64,000 bases of DNA from Chrysomallon squamiferum (lineage: Eukaryota; Animalia; Mollusca), in NCBI GenBank assembly GCA_012295275.1, contig CM022667.1, positions 3,100,001-3,164,000 of the forward strand, in the 5' to 3' direction. A program made the translations under genes and the position numbers. Of the stretch, positions 24,584 to 36,700 are shown one piece after another. The notes below the pieces were generated by a model. The model was not told the origin of the DNA and did no database searches. It saw only the letters and a list, made by a program, of their open reading frames with translations. Positions within the stretch are counted from its first letter, which is position 1. The number at the start of each line of letters is the position of its first letter.

Positions 24584-25281
24584 ATGAGCTGTAAAATATG
24601 GCTGGCTGTTTTTATAGGTAAGTAAAGAATTAATTGATCTGAGAGTTGATTTAATGAATTTATTGAATTTCTTTAATTTAAATTTTATTTTATTTTAATT
24701 TTATCCAGTTGTAAAAAATTTAATGTTAAAGGCAGACCTTTTTTAATAATATAATTTTATTTTATTGTGTGTGTGTGTGTATGTTGTTTTTTTTTGTCTG
24801 TACAGTATGTGTTTTATCTCTGGTTGTCTGTATATCTGAGGTGGAAAAAGTACACACATACACACTCACACACACACTTTTATTTATTTTTTTCTTACAA
24901 TGTTTTATTATTCATTTAATATTTTTTGAGTTATGACTGTTTTATCACAACTATGTTATGTTTGTTTTGTTGCTGCTGTTGTTGTTTTTGTATACTAAAC
25001 TAATAAATATTAAATTTCAGTTGTTTGTTTTACTTTGAATGAAGCATGGAACTTGAAACAAGGTAAGGTGTGACATGAAGGTTTTTTGAATTGTAATTAA
25101 CAAGTTTTTTTTTTGCTTTTTTTTCATTCAGTTAGATGATAGAAGTTGGAAGTGTATAATAATTAAAAAAACAAATTAAAAATTCTATTACTGTTAAAGT
25201 TGAATAGATGCATGCTCACATGGTTATGAAATTTATATTTATATGTTTAATTACATATGAATAAACTTGTTTACTCACAAA

Positions 25282-25317
<36 letters not shown>

Positions 25318-25553
25318 TACACACACACACATTCACACACACAGAGATACACACACACAGGCACAATATAAACACATGTACTCAGATTTATCACATAATC
25401 TGGAATAACTGGTTACTTTATGTATAAATAGATGTATGTATGTATGTATGTATGTATGTATGTATGTATGTATGTATGTATGTATGTATGTATGTATGCA
25501 TGCATGCGTGTCTGACTGTCTCTGTGTATGCATGCACGTGTGTTTGTGTGTGT

Positions 25554-25617
<64 letters not shown>

Positions 25618-25927
25618 ATGCAAGTATGTGTATATGTTTGACCATTGATTATATGGACTATCAGGGGGAGCATGATCCAGAAATTGTAAAAGTCTGAAAC
25701 ATTAAACATTAAACATATAATATGAAACATTAAATATATAGTATTTGTAAAGAAAAAGGTACTGTTGAAAACATACAGGCTAGGTTGGATGAAGTATGTT
25801 AGTTAGGTTGAAGTATGTTAGGTTAGGATGGTTGTGTATGTATGTGTGTGTGAGAGAGAGTGTATATGCATTTGTGTATAACAAACACATACTTTTTCCT
25901 GAATACATGCCAATCATTCTTATCTTT

Positions 25928-25964
<37 letters not shown>

Positions 25965-27620
25965 TGTTATTATTTTATTTATTTATTTATTTTATTTAAT
26001 TTTTAATTTTTAATTTTAATTTTAATTTTAATTTTAATTTTAATTTTAATTTTTATTTTAATTTTAATTTTAATTTTAATTTTAATTTTTAATTTTAATT
26101 TTAATTTTAATTTTATTTTTTTTGATTTTATTTTTATTTTTATTTTTTTTTTATTTTTATTTTTAATTTTAATTTTAATTTTAATTTTAATTTTAATTTT
26201 AATTTTAATTTTAATTTATTTTTCAGAATACAACCTGTGTAGCATTCTGCCTGGACATTTCCCGAACGGCGACTACTTCCCCAACCTCAATGACTCCGCC
26301 ACTGTGTACATTGACCTACCCGACACCACCAGTGATCGCGTGTACCTCTGTTTCATGAAATTTACCACCTGTCACAACTGTCAGTTTCAAGTCGACTTCA
26401 TCAGCGACTTCGTCTTTCCTGCTTGCTACCTGAAACCCTCTTTCGGTTCCTTTGACACCCACTGTGAACCTGGGTGACTATAATTAATTTTATTTTATTT
26501 TTTTGTGTGAAAATGTGAAAGAAAAAGTGAAAAGCAGGACCCAACCCACCCCAAAAAAATAACAAATGAACCAAAGATCGAATGAATTCACTATTTTTGA
26601 ACATATTTCTGATATTGTAATTGTTAGAATTTTGGTCCACTAAACATGTGAAAACCCCCAAAAAAAAACAACAACAAACCACAATAAACCAATTATGAAT
26701 GAATTTACCATGTTTTTTTTAGTGCTTTAATCACAGCTCTGATATGTCAGATCTTAATCTGCTGGTTCAGTTAGGCAGCATATTTATTCTGTATCCCAAA
26801 CCTCCTAATGATGATGATAACAGACAATGATGGTACTGGTAATTATAATTCATAATGTAATCACAGGGTAATTATGACAGACAAAGGATCTGATGTTATA
26901 GACCGGTTTGAAAATATTTTTTTCTTATGTTGAAAAAAAAAAAAAAATAGACATATAATTCTTGTATTCAGTTTAGAGATGGTCAGCAAACTATTTTTTC
27001 TGTTTCACATTTTTTCTGTTTCTGTAGAATGAAATCCTTTTAAGGATTAGTGCTAAGTCATTTTGTAGATAAAAAAAAGCCCAACAAACCCACACATGGT
27101 TGGTTGATAGGAGTACACAGTGGATCAGGAAATAAGTTAGATTTGTATTAAATATTACAGCGAATTATTATTAAATATTATAGTGAATGGTCCATGGTTC
27201 AGTTATTAGTAATAGTAATTTATTAAATTATCACTTATTGCCAACAGCAACACAGTAACGAGTTAATAAATTATCACTTATTAATAGTAAATGTAGTTTT
27301 TTATTTATTTATTAAATTATCACTTATTACCAATTGCAACACAGTAATAATTTAATAAATTATCACTTATTAATAGTAGCCATAGTTTATTTCATAAATT
27401 TGTAATTTATAATAGCAAAGTTATTTTTAGTTTTTTTTTAGTTTTAACAATTGCAACATTCATGAGTTTTAAGCTCATCAGTATATAATACAGAAAAACT
27501 ATAATTGTGATACTGAAATTAAATAATTTAGAAAATATTTTTAATATCTGTAAATAGAGGAATGTTTTCATATATCAAGATAGGTGGCTTTCTTCAAAAT
27601 AAAGATACTAATAACAAATG

Positions 27621-27676
<56 letters not shown>

Positions 27677-30600
27677 AATTTAATAAATTTCTTTTACCAT
27701 AGAATATATTATATTGTATAAATATTGTTTTATAATGTAATAAATACTGTTTCTATTTTGTTTCTTTTTTTCTTACTTTTTTTTAGATTTCAAAATTCCA
27801 GATTCATTTTAACTTATACCAGAATCATTTTATTCAATTTACTTTCATTTCAAATGTAAAAATAACTAAAGTAACATTCCCTTTCCAGCTGTACCTATTT
27901 GCATATATTTGACCCTGACTACAAAAATGAGACAGGACACATTTACTACCAGACCCCGTGGGGACAAGTGTATCGTTCCGAGTCAAGCAAACTCTATGTG
28001 TTTGTCTGTTCCAACCACAGCTTAGTTGAAAACATTCAGCTGAAACTAAAAATTTCAGTTATAGGTAAGTTTGTTTTAGACTTGTTCAATAGTTCAGGTG
28101 AAACAGCTAGCTGTTTATACTTGGTTTCATCAGATTGTATAATGTGTCATTTGTAATGAGGAATTCTGCATACAATTACAGTAATGAATATTCTACATAG
28201 AATTATAGATCAGACTATCCTATATAGAATTATAGTAAGGAATATTCTACATAGCATTATGGTAATGCACATTCTGCATAGAATTGTACTAAGGAATATC
28301 CTGCATAGAATAACAGTAATGAATATTCTGCATAGAATTATAGTAAGGAATATTCTGAATAGAATTATGGTAAGGAATATCCTACATAGAATTATAGTAA
28401 GGACTCTCCTACATAGAACTATAGTAAGGAATATCCTACAGAGCATTATAGTAAGCAATATCCTGCATAGAATTAAAATAAGGAATATTCTACTTAGCAT
28501 TATGAAAAGGAATATTCTACATCGCATTAAATTAGGGAATATTCTACATAACATTATAATAAGGAATATTCTGTATAGCATTATAATGAGGAATATTCTG
28601 CATAGCATTAAAGTAAGGAATATTGTTCTTAGTTTACTGTGGTAGAACTGAAAGTTAATAAGTAATTTGTTACATCAAAAAATGGTAATAGTGTACAACC
28701 AAATTTCTTTCTTTCGTTCTTTCTTTATTTTATTTTTGTTCTTTCTTTCTGTCTTTCTTTCTTTCTTTCTGTCTTTCTTTCTTTATTTTTTTCTTTCTTT
28801 CTTTCTTTATTTGTTAAATTTAAATTATAATGTTTTTTAAATAATGTATTTAGAAAAGATAGAGGTTCACAGAGGATCATCATACGATTCCCCAGGAAAT
28901 CGCTACATCCATTCCCCCTTCTTCCCCCATCTGTACGCTGAAAACGATGACTTGTACATCTATGAGTGGCAAGGAGTCAATTCAAACGATTTTGTGCAAC
29001 TCATTTTTGACGACTGGCATTTGTCACCACAGACAGTGTTTTGGGTAGGATGTTGTTATTTTTATCTTTAGGCACGTCCCTTCAAAATACTAATACTGCT
29101 ACTATTACTACTACAACTATTACTACTACAACTATTACTGTTACAATCATTTGTACTATTACTACTACCTTTGATAGTACTGTTACTACTACTATACTGG
29201 TATTGCTATTACTAGTATTATTATTTCTCATACTACTATAGTTACAACTGCTTGTACTACTAATATTTCTACTATTACTACTAATATTACTACAACAATT
29301 ACTACTATGTGTACATTCATCATTCTAGTTAATACAGCTACTGTCACAACACCAAAAGAACATCTACAACAACAACAGCAACAAATACGTATACAAATAC
29401 TTACATCGTTAAACGAAATACTTCATTTCAGTTTGACTTACTCTGATATCACTAGAACATCAACAACTACAATCATTAAGATAGAAAAATACTTAAATTT
29501 TTCATTTCAGTTCGACTACTCCAATATCCTGGGACCAGTTTATGGCAGTAACTCTCGACCTGTTGTTTATTCAAAAGGAAATCGATTGCGAATGAAATTT
29601 CAGACTGGAGTTCCTACATCATCAGCTGTACGTCAGTACATGGGATTCAAAGCAACATACAAGTTTTACAATGGTAAGATTTGTAATCTACAGTCTTTCA
29701 GTAAAATAAATAAACAAATATATAAATAAATAATTAAATAACTGAGGATTTTTTTAAAATAAAGTTTTGTGATTTTTCAAATAACTGAATTTTTTAAAAT
29801 AAAGCATTGTGATTTTCAAATAACTCAATTTTTTAAAATAAAGTTTTGTGATTTTAAAAATAACTGAATATTTTTTATGTTTTATGAATACTGAGCATTT
29901 AAATCTGTTTAAAACAGAATTTTATTATTATTTTTATTTTTATTTTATGTAATTTTGACAAAAATTTAATTTTGTTTTTAGCTGATTTTTACAGACAGAA
30001 CATTGTCACTGGTAAGTAAGATATATATATATATATATATTTTTTTTTTATTGATTAAAAACATTATCAGTAAATTATCCTGTTTTATAATAGTTCGCTA
30101 AATTCTAGTAGAAAGACAAAATTAATTATATAAGAAAAAAAAAAGGTTTATGTGTATAAACACACATAGATACGAATGTTTTCTTTTGCAGTGTGAAGGA
30201 ATTAATTTTGTCCTTTCACTTCGTATTGTTCAAAATCTACAATTTATATAAATACATAAACAAATCATTCCTTCATGTCCTAAAAAATATATATATATAT
30301 ATAACTCAATTTAGGAAAAAGATATATAATTTTTTTTTATAATACTTTTTTAAAACAATGTGTTAAAATAAAAATAAAATTGGGGTGAACACTTCAAAAG
30401 GAATATCCCTGTTTAAAGTAATTTAAAATCTTTTTTTCAGATTGTGGTAAATATGAGTTATTAAAGAAAGGTGGCATCATACAGTTTGACCACAGCATCC
30501 CCTACAACAACGACTACTATGACTGTGTTTGGGTTGTGAAACGCCAGCCCCAGTACAACCACATTTATCTGAAAATTATCAGTTTCAAAATATCCAGAGG

Positions 30601-33204
30601 TATGGGTTGCACACTGTTCTCATGTTACACACCACAAAAACAAATTTCTTTGAAGATTTTAAAGTGTTCGATCAGTGATATTTAATAATCTTTGAATTAA
30701 GACATCTGTTAAATGACGTTAACAGTTATTTATTCCGTTGTTTATTCATTATTTATTTATTTATTTACTTAATTATTTATTTATTTATTTAGATTTTTAG
30801 TTATTTTTTAATTTAGTATTATATTCATTCATTCATTCATTTATCCAGTCATTTGTACATCAGTTCGGTTATCCTTGAAAGACTTTCCATCCATCCATCC
30901 ATCCATCCGTCTTTCCTTTAATCATCAAAGCATTTATACATGTGTGTGTATGTATCTGTGTATGTGAGAGTGTGTGTGTGTCTGTATGTGTGCATATGTG
31001 TGTGTGTGTGTGTATGGGTGTGGGTATAGGTGTGTGGGTGACTATGTATTTGTATAATACATATAAGATTGGTGTAGAATTGTTTTGTTATCTCAGGCTT
31101 CTTCCCAGGCCAGACAGATTACTGGGAAATTCGAGACGGACTCACCTCTTTGGGCACTCTTCTTGTTTCCCCGTCAGTGGACGACATACAGGTGGGAGAC
31201 AAGTACGTCTCCAGCACTGGTTTCTACATTCGAATACATTGTCACTACAGCCGAACAGATGACTTCAAACTGGCTTTCACGTCGTTTAATTACAGTACGT
31301 GTTGTTATTAAAATTGTCTTAAATACATATACCCATGTATGTGTGTGTGTGTGTATATATATATGCATGCATTCACAGACACACAGGGCATGCAGACATG
31401 CACACACACACACACACACACACACTTATTGACATGGACACACAAACCATGCACATATATGTATACATACATATGTTTCTGCATACATGACAGACACAAA
31501 GACACACAAACACATAAAATTCATACACACACACACACACACAACACACACATGCACAAACATATACAAACAGATAACATACACACTGTTTTTAAGTTAT
31601 TTAAAAAAATTTAACAATTTGGGTAACATTTTTTTAAATGATTAAAACATCACTTTTCTGTTCAAAAATATTATCCTTATAAGTGATTTACAATAACAAC
31701 AGTCAAGAGAGAGTTTATAACAGTTAAAAACTCATTTTAATAATAATTTCTAAACTGATAACAAATACATTTTTAATTTTGAATGATTTCAAGAATTATT
31801 TCGCTTCGCAATGACAACGACATGCATCTGTAACGTAATTTCGTCATGGTGTTGTTGTTGTAGCTGTAGCTATGTTTGTGTTTGTTTCAGAAAAGTGTAA
31901 TAGTGGACAGTACAGGTGTGACAACAACAGGTGCATTCCTTACATACTTCAGTGCGACGGCTACGACCACTGCGGAGATAATTCTGACGAGTCAGATAAT
32001 CGTTGCCGTAAGTAAAGATTTTTACAATATGTGTCCACACTACAGTGTCTGTTTAGAAATAAATGTGTCATTAACTAGTTTAAAAATAAATTTATAATTA
32101 AAGTAAAGATTTAGTAAAAAAAAAATGTTTATAATATCTGATTTGGTGCTAAAGTGGTGTAATTTGCTTTTTAATATTAGTCTCTAACAAGTTCTGAATA
32201 GCTGTAACCATAGAGAATGACATCAGTTATTACTTCAACTTTCCTTTTTTTAACCATTATGATGATTTTTACATGCACACACACACAAATTATTAATATA
32301 TACAAACACATGCATAAATATGTATAGATGCACACAGACACATACAGACACACATATATACACACACATTATACACTAGTACACACATGTAAACACACAC
32401 ATACACACACACACACACATATATAAACATAATTAGCAAGTCATATTTTTACTTAGTCTAATACTAAATCAAGTGTTGACCTAGTGAAGTTTTTAGCTGT
32501 GTGTATTAAGACTGGATAGTAAGATACAAAAACTATTACTGCAAATACAATATATACATTAACATGCACACATATAACAGACAAAAAGAACCAAGAACAA
32601 CAATAACAAATTTTAGCTACACTTACCCATGAAAGGTAGATGTTATTTTGTTGTTTTCTGAATCAAAATGTGGTCCCAGTGTTATTTATATGTCAACTGA
32701 TTGTTGCATAAATACGCAGAACTCATCTCTGATAACCACAGTTCCAGTACACTTATCAAGTGTGTGAAATCTTTTCAAAAGCTCTGTTTAAAACACACAC
32801 CTGTTACACTTTTGCATTAGACAGGTTGTGTTAATTTAAGGGTTATTCTGGATGTTCATTAATAAAGCAGAATCTCAGTAAATTGTTTTATCAATTGGAA
32901 TCAACAAAAACCTGGTTTTCAGTTCATTAATTGTAGATGTATTTTCTCTTTGTGATATTAGTCTCTGTACATGTGCATAAGTTGTGATTTTTTTCAGTAT
33001 ATACAGGTACACATAGAACTACACATATACAGTATTAACATATATATATAAATATTCCATATTTATTATTATTATCATCATCATCATTATACTATTATGT
33101 TATTATTGTCATCATTATCATTATTATTATTACTATATATATATATTATCATTATTTGTATTGTTACAATATTATTATCTTACACTCTCAATATTATTGC
33201 TATA

Positions 33205-33291
<87 letters not shown>

Positions 33292-33596
33292 GTTTATTTG
33301 TTTAAAATTATTTACTGAATATACTTCTGTTATCAGTAAGTGTTCCTTACGTTGTTGACTTTAAAATATTTACTTTTCTTTGTCATCAGTTTTAAGTATT
33401 ATTTACATTTCCTGGACTGGCCCTCTCTTCCTTGTTTGTCAGTATATCTGACATTCCCTCACATATATGAGGTAACAGTAAACAACAAACTGTTGTCCAC
33501 TCATTCATAAAAATTTAAGGAACTACAACTACTCAGTATATTTAGGTCAGGGTGGAGTCATTGAGAGCAATCCTCTTTTTATTTTTCTCTAAAAAA

Positions 33597-33657
<61 letters not shown>

Positions 33658-35773
33658 CATTCTGTTGTTAGTCACACTTTTGATGTATTGCTGTGAGTAT
33701 AGTTCAGTGGTCTGGTCAGTTAGCCTCTCTGTTGTTTCCCATTCCAAACCTGTGCTCTGAGGTTGGTTTATCTGATGGTTGTGGATTTGTGGATTTTACA
33801 TGTTTATGGGTAGCTGTTTATTAGAGTTATATTATTGCTGTTTGACTGGTATCTTATCTCATATTATTGTTAAAAAATCATCATAAACCAGTGTATATCA
33901 ATTGTTTTGTTTATTGTTTTTCTGGAAACCCTAAATTTGTTTTAATGCAATTTAAAGATGGTTTACAGAAACCTTAGGCTACTATGAAACTCATTTTGAA
34001 AATGACTGTGTTTTTATGTATACTTAATAAATCCTAATAAAATAGATTATGGTATTGCTGAACAAAAGAAGTCACTCACTTTTTATAAATGTGTGTGTAT
34101 GTAAACATATTTTATATATATATACACACACATACACACACACACACACACATTATAATGTTACATAAATTGTAATGATACCAAGAATAAATCTGAAAAT
34201 CTTCTCTTTTTTAAAATTAAAAATAAAATTTTAAAAAGATTGAAATTTTTTTTTAAATCCTTTTTATTAACAGTACACCTTAACTTGTCAACTCCCATTA
34301 ACAAGTTCAGTGAAAAGTCAGCTGGTTGTCTTCTCAGTGGCTATTGTTAGTTAGCTCATCACTTTTGAGGAAGGAGCTGACAGAACACGCCCATGTCCTA
34401 AACCTCTAGGGTCACCTGGTCTGTCAGAGTACAAGTCAACACTGTCTGACTGTGAAAAGACTCATCACAAAAATCTTAATTACTAGGAAAAGAAAAGAAT
34501 TTTTTTTTTTTTTTTTTTTTTGTAGTGTTTTAAATGCTCAGAAGAGATAAGGTGTTGTTAACAAAAATCTCGTTAGAGGATTAGTGTGCTTTTTAAATTA
34601 CACTGGTGGTGTAATTTTGTGTATTTCCTAAAGATTATGGCAGTTTAATTTTTTTTTTGTCTTATTTTATATTTTTTTTGAGTTGGATGACAGTTTATAT
34701 TTTGTCGAAACACTGTTTGGATTTTGTGAATTTTGCATAGAGCATCGTTTCTGTTTTTTTGGAAGTTATTTGATTATTTTCATTCTGTGTGGATGTAGGA
34801 CTGTAACTATCTTCATTTTGTTTGTATATAGGGAATTAACTGTTTTCATTTTGTGTTGTTAATTTATCTTCATTCTGTTTTCATTCAGGTTTTTCAGTTT
34901 ATCTTCATTCTGGAAGAATGTAGATAATTTTTATGGATATTAATGTTTTAGTGTCTTTTTGTTCATTAGCAGAGATCATGGATATTTATTTAAAGGATTT
35001 TATTTGTTTTAATTTATAACTGATACAAATTTTATTTAAATTTTTTTTAAAAAATGATTCCATAAAGTGAAAAAAATGAGGATAAAACTGATTATTTTTA
35101 TTTCTAACTACAATTTACAGTTTTAGTAATAAATACATCATCAGAAGTACTAAAAAAATAAAACCAGCTGTGGTTTCATGAGCTTTTTCATGATGACAAT
35201 TTCAACTATTATTATGATAATGGATGATTCTGATTTATTAATGAAAGCAGAAAGAGAACTTTGGTCTTAATTTTATGTCTAAAGCACAGTGATTTAATGT
35301 TATACAAAAAACAACAACCACAAATATGATAAATCCTTATCATTTTTCCTGTCCCTTTATCATTTGGACATCATGAAAATATCAAGGCTGTTGTTTTGAA
35401 AGTTCATGATTTGAATATCATAAAAATAAATGGATATAACTGAACATGTCATGGTTATTTTTCCATTGGCAACAACATTGTGATCAGCAACATGGAGTGA
35501 CAGTCAGTTTTTGTTAAATCTTAAACCAAAAATCTTGACAGGTGTAAAATTTGTTGTTATAACTGGAACTAAAAACCAGTTTGATCTGTTATGTCAAATG
35601 TCATATCTGCCTGGCACTGGATTTTTTCCTCAGCTTCGAGGTAAGTCTTGTAATGTTTAACCTTTGCTGTGTACAATGTGTGTATAATATATATATATAC
35701 ATACATCATGTTCCTTCTGCTATTACTAGAGTAATTATTACCATTACCACCATTGTTATATTATGTACAGACA

Positions 35774-35806
<33 letters not shown>

Positions 35807-36645
35807 CTTCATTTCTCTTTCCATCTCCAGTTACTCGTCAAACTAAATTTTTCATTGTTTTTCAGGTAGAAACACGTATTCTAATGCCTCCTCCTACACC
35901 ATCAGCATCGGTGTCATCATTCCCATGGTTGTGTCCATCTTCCTCATAGTTGTCATCTGTCTTCTCATCATCTTCATACGCCGTTGTCGCCGACTGGCAC
36001 AGCAAAACAGACAGATGACGAATGAACGCGCATTTCTTCAATTTCTGGAAACTCGCAACAGGCAAATCGTAAGTTTTTGACTTTTAATTTAAAAATAAAA
36101 TATTGTTGAAAATTAAAATGATTTGTTAGTAAGATACAGGTTAAAAAATTTAATTGTGTTTTGTTCTAAACTTATTTCTTTATTTATTTTGTATTACCAT
36201 CGTAATCTGTTTCCATTCTGTTAAATTATTTTCATTTTTTTTTTTTATCGTTCTAGAGAACAAACTGTGAAAAACAGAGGTCTAATAATCTTGACTTTAA
36301 AAAAATGTTCCTCTTTGCTGAATGGATATCACAAATAATTAAGAATTAGACACTATTTGAGTTTTCACTGAAATAATTTTTTTTTTAGTTACAGTTAATT
36401 GTTTGAGCAGTATGATTAATAATAAAAATATATTTTTTTTTTCTAATTACAGGTCATCACAACAGAAACAGAAACAGAATGAATCTGACAGTCCAGCAGG
36501 ATGCTCCTCCAGCTTATGATGAGGTGATTAGAAACACTCCCATTGGTTACCTCAATATGGTAAGATTTTTCTTTTTAGTTTTAATGATGCCACACACACG
36601 CAAACAGACACACACACACACAAACAAACATACAGACATAAAAAC

Positions 36646-36700
<55 letters not shown>

